NCBI GenBank assembly: GCA_003208875.1
Contig: QCUR01000007.1
Location: 1 to 64,000, forward strand
Reading direction: 5' to 3'
Length of the DNA: 64,000 bases
From: Prochlorococcus sp. AG-679-M23
GTDB taxonomy: Bacteria > Cyanobacteriota > Cyanobacteriia > PCC-6307 > Cyanobiaceae
Below the pieces are notes generated by a model that searched no databases, was not told the DNA's origin, and saw only the letters and a program-made list of their open reading frames with translations. Positions within the stretch are counted from its first letter, which is position 1; each line of letters starts with the position of its first letter. A program made the translations under genes and the position numbers. Shown here one piece after another: positions 27,820-38,709 of the stretch.

Positions 27820-27996
27820 TTATTTTGATTCGATTACTTTCAACAATTGATCCATTTTATACATTAGAGTTTTGACCTCTTCTGGTTGTGGTAATAATAA
27901 CTCTTCAGTAACGGTAAGGTGTATTCTTTTTAATTCTTTTCTAAGATCCTTTAAATGCATCTTCACATCTTCTTTTTTTTGTCTAACGTTAGTCAT
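27820..27996 (-). CDS. 58-aa small helical protein, paralogue of 26349-26555
   Basis: Manual ORF MTNVRQKKEDVKMHLKDLRKELKRIHLTVTEELLLPQPEEVKTLMYKMDQLLKVIESK*. Confidence 0.7.
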   Translation of the reverse strand: MTNVRQKKEDVKMHLKDLRKELKRIHLTVTEELLLPQPEEVKTLMYKMDQLLKVIESK

Positions 27997-28084
27997 AGAA
28001 TTAATAAATTGAAATTGAAATTGAAATTAAATTTATAAAATTATATAAGTTTTTAGTAATTTTATATGGAAATAAATAATTAGA

Positions 28085-28522
28085 TCAATTTTCGAGGTTT
28101 TTGATTTCATATATTTCATCGCCCCCATTACAAAAATTAGTTGATAACATTCTTAATTCGTTTCTTTTTATATTAGTTAGATTTTTATTTTTTACAATAT
28201 AATTTTGAGCATTATTCTCGCAATCTAATTTGTTTTTAGAGTATTTAATTAGTGGATAAATATAAGTTAAACCAGCTAAAAAGAACAAAAATATAAATAT
28301 TAACTTTTTCTCATTTTTAAGTATCTCGGTATATTTTTTCTTTGACTTTAATACTTTAATAAGCCATTTATCTGGTAACCCAATTTGAACAAATAATAAT
28401 TCGACCCACCAAGGGAGAGATTTATCTTTTTTATTATTTGAATTTGGTGAAGCTTTTAATTTTTTATTTTCAAAGGTTGGATCTTTTATACCTGGGACCT
28501 TTCTTGATTCTTTTTTCTCCAT
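28085..28522 (-). CDS. membrane protein with LPWWVELLFVQIGLPD and C...CNGG motifs
   Basis: 145-aa ORF. Confidence 0.75.
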   Translation of the reverse strand: MEKKESRKVPGIKDPTFENKKLKASPNSNNKKDKSLPWWVELLFVQIGLPDKWLIKVLKSKKKYTEILKNEKKLIFIFLFFLAGLTYIYPLIKYSKNKLDCENNAQNYIVKNKNLTNIKRNELRMLSTNFCNGGDEIYEIKNLEN

Positions 28523-28657
28523 ATCATCAAATGTCTTATTTGGAATATAGTGGTTTTATTTTGATTTGAAAACTATATTTTTATTTTTTAAGTTTTAAAT
28601 TGATTTATACATGATTTTGATTATTGTAAATTTGTAATTTAAATATATAAATTCATA

Positions 28658-28927
28658 ATGCCTAAAAAAAGAAGAAAGTTAAATAAAGATTTCGAGAAAA
28701 AAATATATACTTCAAAAAAAAATGTGGAATTAGTATTGGCTAAAATTTATGATATTGACGACGAGGATATTCAAAAAGAATATATGAGCGCCTTTAACGA
28801 TGTTGTTTATTCTTATGATCAATTAAAAAATAACTATGAATTAACTGGATTTAATGATAATTCTGACAAATTGATTGCTGACTACAACAAAGCTTTTTCT
28901 CTTTTTGAGTCAGAGTTTGAAATATAA
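28658..28927 (+). CDS. conserved hypothetical protein
   Basis: 89-aa ATG ORF. Confidence 0.75.
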   Translation: MPKKRRKLNKDFEKKIYTSKKNVELVLAKIYDIDDEDIQKEYMSAFNDVVYSYDQLKNNYELTGFNDNSDKLIADYNKAFSLFESEFEI

Positions 28928-28934
28928 AATAGAT

Positions 28935-29144
28935 TTATTTTTTGAAAGGTATTACTGGAATTTCAATTTTATTCCCTTGTAATAAATTTAATTTTTTAAA
29001 TTTTAGGTTTTTTATACAAGTAGATCTTTTTGACTTCTTTTGACATATTTCTTTTATTTGATAATCAGAAAGTGAATAAGCACTATTCTCAAATAAAAAT
29101 AAAATAAAAAAAAATAAAAGGGGATTGAAAAATAATTTCATCAA
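28935..29144 (-). CDS. small secreted hypothetical protein
   Basis: Signal-like N-terminus (AYS), two Cys, IPVIPF. Confidence 0.6.
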   Translation of the reverse strand: MMKLFFNPLLFFFILFLFENSAYSLSDYQIKEICQKKSKRSTCIKNLKFKKLNLLQGNKIEIPVIPFKK

Positions 29145-29184
29145 ATTTTTTATTTTAAAGAAAGTTTAAATCTTATTTTTAAGA

Positions 29185-29463
29185 TTAACCATAATTACAA
29201 AAATCTAAAAGCTTTTTTAATTCATCTTTACTTAAGTCTGTAGAAATAAAAACTTCTTGAGCTGTTTTCCCTCGTCTTGCAATTGCTTTGTAACCGTTAA
29301 TTGTCTTTACAGATACTCTTATAACTAAATTAGTAGATCTCCCTCTTACTCTTGATATTATTGCTGGGGTTATAGTTTTAATTCTTATGTTTAAGGCAAG
29401 TTTTTTAAGAACTGGAATCAAACCTTCTATGTGTGTACTATGGTTTAAAACAACTCTTCCCAA
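29185..29463 (-). CDS. DUF2103 family protein
   Basis: GRVVLNHSTHIEGL...ITPA.I...KAIARRGKTAQEVF. Confidence 0.8.
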   Translation of the reverse strand: MGRVVLNHSTHIEGLIPVLKKLALNIRIKTITPAIISRVRGRSTNLVIRVSVKTINGYKAIARRGKTAQEVFISTDLSKDELKKLLDFCNYG

Positions 29464-29593
29464 GGTGGTTACTCTTTTTATAGATATTGTATTTAATAGA
29501 ATTAGTTTCTGAGAAATAAATTTTTGTTTGAAAAGGATTGTATTAAAAAATTTTTTTTGGTAGTTCTGTTATATTGGGTTTATTAATTAAATT

Positions 29594-29698
29594 ATGATGA
29601 TTTTTCAGATAGGCTGGGCTGCTTTAGCAGCAATTTTTACTTTTTCAATTGCTATGGTTGTTTGGGGCAGAAATGGTGATGGTTCTATTGATATATGA
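29594..29698 (+). CDS. petN: cytochrome b6f complex subunit VIII PetN
   Basis: Manual [37 protein letters not shown]; hallmark FTFS.A.VVWGRNG; missed by ORF track. Confidence 0.95.
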
Positions 29699-29837
29699 TT
29701 TTTCATCATTTAACTATGAAGATTATTTAAGCAAATTTCTTATTTTTGCTTCTTTTGCTCTACTAAGTCTAATTACTGTAGCAGTAATTTATATTTCTTA
29801 TATTTCTTGGAAAGATAAGAGAAGATTAGAGAAATAA
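29688..29837 (+). CDS. small single-TM protein downstream of petN (TTG start inferred)
   Basis: C-terminal part of track ORF 29649-29837: TM then YISWKDKRR. Confidence 0.55.
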
Positions 29838-29852
29838 TTTTTTAATTAAAAA

Positions 29853-30461
29853 CTATTTCTTCTTTTCTTTCTTATCTTTTATTTTTGCTTCTTGAAGTAG
29901 TTCTTTCGCCTGTTCCATTTTTATAATACTGCTTTTATAAATTCCAATATCCTTTTCTGCTTTATTAAATGATAAATTTAATTTATTAATGATATCTGAA
30001 ATGATTTTATTCTTTTCAGAATCCTTAATATCCTTGAAATCAGTGGCATTAGCTATAATTAGGTAAATACCTAAATTCAATATCCTTGAAGAGTATAGAT
30101 TAGTATCTGATTTTTCTTTTAATAAAATAGAGATTTCTTTTAAGGATTTATCTTTGTAGCCTTCAAGAGTTTTCTTGGAAGTTTCTTTTATTTTTTTAGG
30201 TTCAAAATTTGAGGAATTACATAATGATTCAAAAAGTACCACTAAATGTTCCTCGGGCTTATAACCTTTCGTTAATTCTTTGAATGTTTCTGTAAGACCA
30301 ACACAAAATAAATCATCTTGTATAAATTCATTTTGGTGATTTAAAAGATTTAGTTCAACAAGCATTTCATCAACTATCCTTTTATATAAACCTGGAATTA
30401 CGTAAGGAAATTGTTCATGAAATAACTTTTTGCTATCTGAGACAGTCAATTTTTCTTTCAA
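29853..30461 (-). CDS. psb29: photosystem II biogenesis protein Psb29/THF1 (TTG 30461 start inferred)
   Basis: TVSDSK..F...FPYVIPGLY..IVDE.LVEL.LL; YSSR...LG. Confidence 0.9.
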   Translation of the reverse strand: MKEKLTVSDSKKLFHEQFPYVIPGLYKRIVDEMLVELNLLNHQNEFIQDDLFCVGLTETFKELTKGYKPEEHLVVLFESLCNSSNFEPKKIKETSKKTLEGYKDKSLKEISILLKEKSDTNLYSSRILNLGIYLIIANATDFKDIKDSEKNKIISDIINKLNLSFNKAEKDIGIYKSSIIKMEQAKELLQEAKIKDKKEKKK

Positions 30462-30541
30462 TTGTTTATATGTAAACCTTAATAACCATAGCGTATGTTG
30501 AGTCAATATCGTTAAGATCTAATAAACAGATAAATATTATT

Positions 30542-31132
30542 ATGATCCCTTTAGTTTTAGAAGAATCCGGCGGTAGTGAAAGAGTATTTGATATTTACTC
30601 GAGACTTTTAAGAGAGAGGATTATATTCTTAGGAGAACAAGTAACTAGTGATACTGCTAATAGAATTGTTGCTCAATTACTTTTCCTTGAAGCTGAAGAT
30701 CCTGAGAAAGATATCTACATGTATATTAATTCTCCTGGAGGCTCGGTTTATGATGGTTTAGGTATTTTCGATACTATGCAACATGTAAAGCCTGATATAC
30801 ATACCGTTTGTGTTGGGCTCGCTGCTAGTATGGGTGCCTTTTTACTGGCAGCTGGAACTAAAGGTAAAAGAAGTAGCCTGAGACATTCAAGAATTATGAT
30901 TCATCAACCTCTTGGAGGTGCAAGAGGACAAGCCAGCGATATAAGAATTCAAGCTGATGAAATTTTATATTTAAAAGAACGTTTAAATACTGAGTTATCT
31001 GAAAGAACAGGAAAAGAACTTGAAACCATTAAGGAAGATACTGATAGAGATTTTTATATGTCTCCGCAGGAAGCAGTAGAGTATGGTCTAATAGATTTGG
31101 TTTTAGATAAAAAACCAATAAAAAATACTTAA
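30542..31132 (+). CDS. clpP: ATP-dependent Clp protease proteolytic subunit
   Basis: [27 protein letters not shown]. Confidence 0.97.
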   Translation: MIPLVLEESGGSERVFDIYSRLLRERIIFLGEQVTSDTANRIVAQLLFLEAEDPEKDIYMYINSPGGSVYDGLGIFDTMQHVKPDIHTVCVGLAASMGAFLLAAGTKGKRSSLRHSRIMIHQPLGGARGQASDIRIQADEILYLKERLNTELSERTGKELETIKEDTDRDFYMSPQEAVEYGLIDLVLDKKPIKNT

Positions 31133-33042
31133 TTAAGTATTTGTGGAGTTCTTTCTTTTTCAGGAATTTGTGTAAATTCAGAAAGAATTTTTACAAACTC
31201 TTCACCATCCAATGTTTCTTTTTCTATTAAAAGATCTACTATTTTATCCATTGCCTTCCTGTTTTTACTTATTATTAAATAGGTTTGCTTATAACAGTCT
31301 TTTACCATAACTCTTACACTTTCATCAATTTGTTTAGAGATTGAGTCTGAAACTTCGCTTCTAGTCATTAAATCTCTTCCTACAAAAACTTCTTGATTAC
31401 CACTTTCAAGAGCAATTGGACCAAGCTCACTCATTCCAAATCTTGTAACCATTTGTCTAGCCATTGAAGCAACTTGTTGAAAATCTCCTCCAGCTCCAGT
31501 TGTTATTTCACCTTTACCAAAAACAACATCCTCAGCAGCTCTTCCTCCAAGAGCACCCATTATCCTTGCCTTCAAATTTGCCCTACTTATAAGAGATTGA
31601 TCATCATCAGGGGTAAACCAAGTAAGACCTTTAGCTTGTCCTCTTGGAATTACAGTTACTTTCTGAACAGGATCATGAGCTTTTACTAAAGTTCCTATTA
31701 TTGCATGACCAACTTCATGATAAGCAATTAATCTTTTGCTTCTTCCATCTGTTAGCGGAGAACCTTCCATTCCGGCAACTATTCTATCAACTGAATCATC
31801 AATTTCTAAAATGCCTATTGACTCTTTTCTTCTTCTTGCGGTTAAGATTGCAGCTTCATTTAGAAGATTTGCTAAATCCGCTCCAGTAAAACCAGGTGTC
31901 CTTCTCGCAATACTTTCTAAAGTTAAATCTTCCTGAAGAGTTTTATTTTTTGAGTGAACTTCAAGTATAGATAATCTCCCTTTAATATCAGGAGCATCAA
32001 CTGTAACTTGTCTATCGAATCTTCCTGGCCTCATTAAGGCTGAATCCAAAACATCTGGACGGTTAGTTGCAGCAATAATAATAATCCCACTATTACCTTC
32101 AAACCCATCCATTTCAGTTAGAAGTTGGTTAAGAGTTTGTTCTCTTTCGTCATTTCCACCACCGATTCCAGCTCCTCTTTGCCTTCCTACTGCATCAATT
32201 TCATCAATAAATATTAAGCATGGACTATTCTCTTTGGCTTTTTTGAAAAGATCCCTAACTCTACTGGCACCTACTCCAACAAACATTTCTACAAATTCTG
32301 AACCTGCAAGCGAGAAGAATGGAACTCCTGCTTCACCTGCAATTGCTTTTGCTAAAAGTGTTTTACCAGTTCCAGGAGGACCTACAAGTAAAACCCCTTT
32401 GGGTATGCGAGCACCAACAGAAGTAAATTTTTCAGGTTTTTTTAAAAATGTAACTACCTCTTCTAAATCTTCTTTTGCCTCATTAACTCCTGCGACATCG
32501 TCGAATACAACTCCAGTATCAGCATCCATAGCAAATCTAGCTTTTGATTTTCCAAATTGCATAGCTTGACCTGGTCCACCAGGCATACCATTTGATCTCC
32601 TAGCTAAGAGAATTAAACCTCCTATTAGAATTGCAGGGAAAAGAAGATTACCGAGAATACCTAATGCTGGTGGTGTAGTTTTCACAGGGTGAACATCAAA
32701 ACTTATTCCTTCATTTTTGAGATTAGTTATTAATTCAGGTGTAAGACCAGGCAAGTCAACTCTCAATCTTTGTACTTTGTTATCCAAATCTGAATCTATA
32801 GTTTCGATAACAGCATTTCTACCTCCATCAAAAATATCAACTGATGTAACTCGGCCTGATTTAATATAATCTAAAAATCTTCCATAACTAACTCTTGCTA
32901 CAGCTGAATTTTTAGGTGCTATTGTAGTACCATTGGATTTTAATGAATCAATATTGCTTGTTGAGAGGAATTGATACGAAAGAGCGATGACTAAAATAAT
33001 TGGAAGCGCCCATAAAATTATTGTTTTGAGTTTTTGATTCAT
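31129..33042 (-). CDS. ftsH: ATP-dependent zinc metalloprotease FtsH (FtsH2-type)
   Basis: Two [19 protein letters not shown]. Confidence 0.97.
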   Translation of the reverse strand: MNQKLKTIILWALPIILVIALSYQFLSTSNIDSLKSNGTTIAPKNSAVARVSYGRFLDYIKSGRVTSVDIFDGGRNAVIETIDSDLDNKVQRLRVDLPGLTPELITNLKNEGISFDVHPVKTTPPALGILGNLLFPAILIGGLILLARRSNGMPGGPGQAMQFGKSKARFAMDADTGVVFDDVAGVNEAKEDLEEVVTFLKKPEKFTSVGARIPKGVLLVGPPGTGKTLLAKAIAGEAGVPFFSLAGSEFVEMFVGVGASRVRDLFKKAKENSPCLIFIDEIDAVGRQRGAGIGGGNDEREQTLNQLLTEMDGFEGNSGIIIIAATNRPDVLDSALMRPGRFDRQVTVDAPDIKGRLSILEVHSKNKTLQEDLTLESIARRTPGFTGADLANLLNEAAILTARRRKESIGILEIDDSVDRIVAGMEGSPLTDGRSKRLIAYHEVGHAIIGTLVKAHDPVQKVTVIPRGQAKGLTWFTPDDDQSLISRANLKARIMGALGGRAAEDVVFGKGEITTGAGGDFQQVASMARQMVTRFGMSELGPIALESGNQEVFVGRDLMTRSEVSDSISKQIDESVRVMVKDCYKQTYLIISKNRKAMDKIVDLLIEKETLDGEEFVKILSEFTQIPEKERTPQILN

Positions 33043-33154
33043 TAACTTATTTCATAAATAAATTTTTTCAATTCTAGAATGAAACGATGCATTTCGTTGA
33101 TATTTTTCTTAACTTAATTTTTATAGTAGATTTACTTTACTTTAAATAACTTTA

Positions 33155-33370
33155 ATGGAATTTAATATTCAGGATAAAGTTAAACTGAAAAATCCTTTGT
33201 CTTATCTTAAAACCTCTGACAATATGCCTATGCTAAGGCCACCTGACTTAGTAGCTATTGACGAAGTTGGAGAAATTATAGCTATAAAATCTCCGGATAC
33301 TGTTGAAATAAAATTTAGAAGAGGATCTTTCTTAATTGATACTGACAAGATAGAAAAAACACAAATTTAA
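33155..33370 (+). CDS. sipA: DUF3148 family / NblS-interacting regulator SipA
   Basis: YLKT.D.MPMLRPPDLV...G...FRRG.FL; divergent from ftsH. Confidence 0.8.
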   Translation: MEFNIQDKVKLKNPLSYLKTSDNMPMLRPPDLVAIDEVGEIIAIKSPDTVEIKFRRGSFLIDTDKIEKTQI

Positions 33371-34596
33371 AAATTTTTTATCCAAAGTTTATTAATTTCA
33401 TTACATATTTTTTCGTCTCCATAAATACTTAAAAAGGGTTTTGTTAAATATTTTTTGGTTACTTTCAAAATATCTGCAGGGTTTACATGATTAATTTTAT
33501 TTATAAAATCATAATTTTGGTCTAATGAATATCCCATATATTGAATTTTCCTGTGTAATATTTCATTTAAAGTTTGGTTAGATATTAAAAATGAACTTTT
33601 CAATTTAATCTTTGCTAAATTTATGTCTTTTTCGGTAATTGAGGAAGATAATAATTTTCTCCATAATTCGGATAGGATTTCAAATGCAAGAAGCGCATTT
33701 TTATTTGAGACAGAAAAATAAACTAAAAAAGGCGAATTTTCTTTTCTAAAAGGGTTATAGACCCCAACTTCATAAGTTAAACCATTCCTTTCTCTGAACA
33801 ATTTGAACAACACAGAGCTCATTCCATATGAGAGATGTGATTCTAAAATTTTCAAAGGTAAGTATTCATAACTTGATATCGGACATGTTTGATTACCTAA
33901 CATTAAAATTATTTGATTCGACTTCTGATATGTACTTACAAACCTATTCAAAAGATTAGGTTTATTGTTGTAATTTTTGCTTTCTCCGTTGTGAGTAATT
34001 TTATTTTGATCAATATTTTTGTTTAAAAAATCAAAACTTTTATTTTTGATTTTTAAATTATTAGAAATTAGATACTTATTTCTGTTTTTAAAATTCTCAT
34101 ATTCACATAAAATATCATTATGAGTAATTTTTAAAATATCTTCTTCATATCCAGAAGAGTTATATGCGTAGGAATGTTTTAAATAAACAATTTTCCTCCA
34201 TTTTTCAAAGGTAATATTAAATGGATTTTCCCTATCTTTTTTTAAGATATTTATAGTTGATTTCTTTACATTTTGGAATTGTTTATATAAGAGTGATGGT
34301 TCATTTATAATTAAATTTATTAAAGGTAAAAGTTTATTAAAATGTTCATCTAATGATTTGAGGCTTATTATCATACCGTCCTCTAATGTCTCTAGATTTA
34401 GTTCCGCTCCATGAGAATCAACATACTCTGAAAAAGCTAAATTTTCAAAACCTTTACATCCTCTTGTTAATAATGAGCAAAGAATTTGATTGATCCCTTT
34501 TTTCCCTTCAATATCCATATTGCTTCCACCATTTATCCAAACCATCGCAATTGAAAAATTATGACAAATTTTTGTTTCGTAATGTGCTTTTATCAT
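33367..34596 (-). CDS. M16 family peptidase, non-catalytic-like subunit
   Basis: M16 fold motifs (LF..FRERNGLTY) but no HxxEH. Confidence 0.85.
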   Translation of the reverse strand: MIKAHYETKICHNFSIAMVWINGGSNMDIEGKKGINQILCSLLTRGCKGFENLAFSEYVDSHGAELNLETLEDGMIISLKSLDEHFNKLLPLINLIINEPSLLYKQFQNVKKSTINILKKDRENPFNITFEKWRKIVYLKHSYAYNSSGYEEDILKITHNDILCEYENFKNRNKYLISNNLKIKNKSFDFLNKNIDQNKITHNGESKNYNNKPNLLNRFVSTYQKSNQIILMLGNQTCPISSYEYLPLKILESHLSYGMSSVLFKLFRERNGLTYEVGVYNPFRKENSPFLVYFSVSNKNALLAFEILSELWRKLLSSSITEKDINLAKIKLKSSFLISNQTLNEILHRKIQYMGYSLDQNYDFINKINHVNPADILKVTKKYLTKPFLSIYGDEKICNEINKLWIKNF

Positions 34597-35843
34597 TTGC
34601 CTGTTGATGCAATCAAAGTAAATTTATTTCTTGATAAATAATTTATGATTTCCTTAAAATTATTTATATTATTCCAGTAATCTAAGTGATTGTTTAAATC
34701 ATTTAGAGTATTTTTCCTACCCCACAAAAGCTCATTTCCAAAAAATGAAGTTAGTTGTGTTGACGTTTCTAGATTAAAAATATAGTTACTTTTAACAATA
34801 TTAATTGCTTTTCTAATCTCATTTAAAGTTAAATTTTTACAACTTATAACTTCTTGAATTGTTTCATTGATTTCTTCCTCTACGTTTTTTAAATTTATTT
34901 TGTCGCAGCAAGCTTCAATTACTAGTAAACTGCCAAATTCTCCACCATTTACATCTACATATATTGATTCAACTAGGTTACTTTCTTCCTTTAAAGATTT
35001 TACTAATCTGCTATTTCTTCCAACACAAAGTATTGATGCTAATATTTCAAAGCCAATATTCATTTTTTGATTCTTTAGGCTGGGTATACTCCATGCGATG
35101 AATATTCTAGACAATTCAATATTCTTAAAATAGATCTCTTCTCTTCCAGTGCTTGCGACTACAATTGATTTATCATTATTTTTTATTTTAGAAGTTTCAT
35201 CAGGATCTAGATAAGAAAATTTGTTTTCAAGATATATTTCAAAAGTTTTCTCAGATAGATTTCCAGCAATTGCAATACAAAAATTATTTTTTTTGTAAAA
35301 GCTTTTGTGAAATTTTTCTAAATCAGCTTTTTTTAATGATTGGAGATTTTTTTCTGTGCCTAATATTGTTTTGCCATAATTATTATCCTTCCATACTCTG
35401 CTTAAAAAATAATTATAAAGTCTTTCATCAGGCTGATCATTTTGTTGTTTTATTTCATCAATGACAACACTTTTCTCTTTTTCAAATTCATGAATATTAA
35501 TACTTGGAGATAAAACAATGTTTGTCAAAAGAGCTAGTGATTCTTTAAAGTTGTTTTCAGGTATTAATACATAGTAATGTGAATCATCATAGCCAGTTGA
35601 AGCGTTGCTCATCCCCCCAAGAGATTCGATCTTATAATCAAATTCTCCTGGCATTAATTTGTTACTACCCTTAAAAATCATATGTTCCAAAAAATGAGCT
35701 GTTCCGCCTCTATCTGATTCCTCAAATGCAGATCCTGCTTTAAACCAAAAATCTATGCATATAAGAGGTAATTCTTTTTTTTTCACAAAAACGCATTTAG
35801 GTTTGCTTGAATGGTTAAAGTATTTAACTTCTCCTGGTTTCAT
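34593..35843 (-). CDS. M16 family zinc peptidase (insulinase-like)
   Basis: GTAHFLEHMIFKGS (HxxEH). Confidence 0.92.
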   Translation of the reverse strand: MKPGEVKYFNHSSKPKCVFVKKKELPLICIDFWFKAGSAFEESDRGGTAHFLEHMIFKGSNKLMPGEFDYKIESLGGMSNASTGYDDSHYYVLIPENNFKESLALLTNIVLSPSINIHEFEKEKSVVIDEIKQQNDQPDERLYNYFLSRVWKDNNYGKTILGTEKNLQSLKKADLEKFHKSFYKKNNFCIAIAGNLSEKTFEIYLENKFSYLDPDETSKIKNNDKSIVVASTGREEIYFKNIELSRIFIAWSIPSLKNQKMNIGFEILASILCVGRNSRLVKSLKEESNLVESIYVDVNGGEFGSLLVIEACCDKINLKNVEEEINETIQEVISCKNLTLNEIRKAINIVKSNYIFNLETSTQLTSFFGNELLWGRKNTLNDLNNHLDYWNNINNFKEIINYLSRNKFTLIASTGK

Positions 35844-35883
35844 TGAAATCCTTTCCTTATTTTAATTTTGATACTTTTTAAAC

Positions 35884-36609
35884 TTGTTGTCTAAATCTTT
35901 AACCAAAACTAAATTAATTGATCCACTTATTTTGACTTTATTGCAAAATATAAAGGTTCAGAGGTCTAAGCTTAATGACCTCAATTGCATAGAGGTAGAT
36001 CCTAAACTTTCAAACATAATTTCCAATGTAGAAGGTGAGGAGCTTTATATAGAAAATGAATTTTATAAAGCAAAGGGATTTAGAAAGTTACATATTGAAG
36101 TGGCTGAATTTTCAAAAAGTCTAAAGATTCTACATTGCGTATTTTTCCCTGACCCAAAGTATGATATTCCAATATTTGGAATGGATTTGGTTAAAGTTAA
36201 TGAACTAGTTTCAGCAGCTATTGTTGATTTATCTCCTTCATCGAAGAACCAAAATTTAAAATACGATCATTTATTGTCTAATATTGATAAAAGTGTTTTT
36301 AAATCTAAAAGGAAAATTCCAGACTGGGGAAATATTTTCTCTAAAAATGTTTTTTTTGCTTCCTTAAAAAATAAAAGTGAAAAAAATGCTTTTTGTAAAA
36401 TAGTTGATAATTATCTTTCTGTTTTAATTCAATTAACTCAAAGTACTAGTCCTGATTCTGATTATGAAATAATTGAAGAAAGAATTAATTATCAAAAAAA
36501 TTATTGTGTTCAACAAATGAAAAATGAAAAAACAAGGTTAGTTTTGCTTAAATATTTTGATAAAGTATGGGTAGATGAATATATCAAAAAAGTATTATTT
36601 GATTTTTGA
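35884..36609 (+). CDS. pcyA: phycocyanobilin:ferredoxin oxidoreductase
   Basis: [34 protein letters not shown]. Confidence 0.93.
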   Translation: MLSKSLTKTKLIDPLILTLLQNIKVQRSKLNDLNCIEVDPKLSNIISNVEGEELYIENEFYKAKGFRKLHIEVAEFSKSLKILHCVFFPDPKYDIPIFGMDLVKVNELVSAAIVDLSPSSKNQNLKYDHLLSNIDKSVFKSKRKIPDWGNIFSKNVFFASLKNKSEKNAFCKIVDNYLSVLIQLTQSTSPDSDYEIIEERINYQKNYCVQQMKNEKTRLVLLKYFDKVWVDEYIKKVLFDF

Positions 36610-37523
36610 TGTATTTAAATAATTTTAAAAATATAATCTTTTATTTTTTGATATTTTTACCATTATCGATCGGAATAAATTCATGTTCTCAAAATAAAAA
36701 ATTAAATTCTGATTCTAATATAGAAATAACTTCTAATTTTATTCCTGTAATAGAATCAGTTGCAGCATTAGGACAACTTTCTCCAGCTGGGGATATTAGG
36801 CAATTAGCAGCACCAATCTCTCAATTTGGATCGTCTCCTCGTTTGTCTGAACTACTAGTAAAGGAGGGTGATTTTGTCAAGAAAGGTTCAGTTCTAGCCG
36901 TTTTTGAAAATAGAAAGAAATTAGTTGCAGATCTTGAAAAAAAGAATAACCTAATCAAAACTAATATTTTAGAGATTTCATTAAAAGAAGATCAAATTAA
37001 AAGATATGAGTTAGCCGTTGAAAAGTCAGCATACTCTTTTGTACAACTTTCTCAGAGAAAAGATGAATTATTAAAATTACAAAAACAAAAAATAATTAAT
37101 ATTGGGGATAAAAAAAACATTGAGATAGATCTTTTTAACTCTCAACTTAGAAGCCCAATTGATGGCTATATACTTGATGTTCATACAAGGGTTGGAGAAA
37201 GATCTAAAAACGAAGGGATACTTGATATTGGCTCAAGTCAGAATATGGAGGCTCTTATAGAAGTCTATGAATCTGATATAAATAGAGTATTTATCTCGCA
37301 AAATGTTGAGTTAAGTAGTGAAAATGGAGGCTTTAAAAAAATACTGAAAGGAGAAGTAATAAGAATTAGCCCACAAGTAAAACAAAGAAAGGTCTTATCC
37401 ACAGACCCTACAGGTGATGCGGATGCTCGTATTATTGAAGTTCTTGTAAAACTAAATCCGGAATCTATAAAATTAGTTAAAAATTATACTGGTATGAAAG
37501 TTATTGCAAAATTCCTCCCTTGA
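36606..37523 (+). CDS. devB: ABC exporter membrane fusion protein, DevB family
   Basis: [30 protein letters not shown]. Confidence 0.85.
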   Translation: MMYLNNFKNIIFYFLIFLPLSIGINSCSQNKKLNSDSNIEITSNFIPVIESVAALGQLSPAGDIRQLAAPISQFGSSPRLSELLVKEGDFVKKGSVLAVFENRKKLVADLEKKNNLIKTNILEISLKEDQIKRYELAVEKSAYSFVQLSQRKDELLKLQKQKIINIGDKKNIEIDLFNSQLRSPIDGYILDVHTRVGERSKNEGILDIGSSQNMEALIEVYESDINRVFISQNVELSSENGGFKKILKGEVIRISPQVKQRKVLSTDPTGDADARIIEVLVKLNPESIKLVKNYTGMKVIAKFLP

Positions 37524-38695
37524 TAAATTTTTCTTTCATAAAATTCAGGAAAATCCCTTTAGCTTGGTTGTTACTAACAAGACAGCCACTCAGGTTAATA
37601 GTTGCTATTGCAGGAATTAGCTTCGCGGGGATTTTAATGTTTATGCAATTAGGATTTCGAGATGGATTATTTGATACAAGTGTAACTATTCATAAACTTT
37701 TGGATGCTGATCTTGTGTTGATAAGTCCAAGATCAAAAAGTTCTATAAGTATGAGTGGGTTTCCTAAAAGAAGATTAATTCAAACTTTAGCTTTAGAAGA
37801 CGTAGAAAAAACTGCACCTGTTAACTTAACTTATCTTCTCTGGAGGAACCCAGAGAATCTAAAAACAAGATCTATTTTAACCTTAGGATTTAATCCTTCA
37901 GATTCCCTTTTACTAGATGATGGATTTTCAAGAAAGGCTGATAAACTTAAAAATCCAGGAAGAGTTCTTTTTGATAAACTTTCAAGACCAGAATTTGGGC
38001 CTATAGAAGATTGGTTTCTTTCGGAGAAGAAAGTAGAAACCGAAGTTGCGGGTAAAAGAGTACTAGTTGAAGGCCTTGTTGAGTTAGGTCCTTCCTTTGG
38101 AGCAGATGGAAACCTCATAACAAGTAGAGAAACATATCTAAGGCTTTTCCCTGCAAATCCAAAAGGGAGTATTGAAATAGGTTTAGTGAAACTGCGAAGT
38201 AGTTCAAATCCTATTCTGGTATCTAAAATTTTAAATAAGTCTTTACCGAATGATGTGCGTGTTTTAACAAAAGATCAATTTATAGAATTTGAAAAAAATT
38301 ATTGGAAAAACAGTACCGCGATTGGCTTTATATTTAGTTTAGGAGCTTTGATGGGCTTTGTAGTTGGTTGTGTTGTTGTGTACCAAATACTTTATAGCGA
38401 TGTTACTGATCATCTTCCTGAATATGCAACCTTGTTGGCTATGGGGTATAGATTAAAGACTTTGTTTTTTGTTGTAGCTAGAGAAGGCTTTTTATTAGCA
38501 TTATTTGGCTATTTGCCTGCTTATTTTTCTGGGCAAATACTTTATTCAATTGTCCGAAATTCTACAAAATTACCAATAGTAATGGATGCCAATAAAACAA
38601 TTTTAATTTTTATTTTGATCTTGATTATGTGTATGGGTTCTGCTGGAATTGCTATGCGTAAATTAGTCGATGCAGATCCTGCTGAAATATTTTAA
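37520..38695 (+). CDS. devC: ABC exporter permease, DevC family
   Basis: IPLAWL, FMQLGF, YQILYSDV.DHL.EYATL. Confidence 0.92.
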   Translation: MINFSFIKFRKIPLAWLLLTRQPLRLIVAIAGISFAGILMFMQLGFRDGLFDTSVTIHKLLDADLVLISPRSKSSISMSGFPKRRLIQTLALEDVEKTAPVNLTYLLWRNPENLKTRSILTLGFNPSDSLLLDDGFSRKADKLKNPGRVLFDKLSRPEFGPIEDWFLSEKKVETEVAGKRVLVEGLVELGPSFGADGNLITSRETYLRLFPANPKGSIEIGLVKLRSSSNPILVSKILNKSLPNDVRVLTKDQFIEFEKNYWKNSTAIGFIFSLGALMGFVVGCVVVYQILYSDVTDHLPEYATLLAMGYRLKTLFFVVAREGFLLALFGYLPAYFSGQILYSIVRNSTKLPIVMDANKTILIFILILIMCMGSAGIAMRKLVDADPAEIF

Positions 38696-38709
38696 CCAGA
38701 CTTATTTTT

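Noticed and set aside
28006..28028. Short AAATTG tandem repeat upstream of the 58-aa ORF
   Set aside because: About three to four units in extremely AT-rich DNA; compatible with chance or slippage
29649..29687. N-terminal part of track ORF 29649-29837
   Set aside because: Lies inside petN in another frame; the real start is likely later
33083..33098. AACGA-N6-TCGTT palindrome between ftsH and sipA
   Set aside because: Single short palindrome with no second copy and no recognised factor
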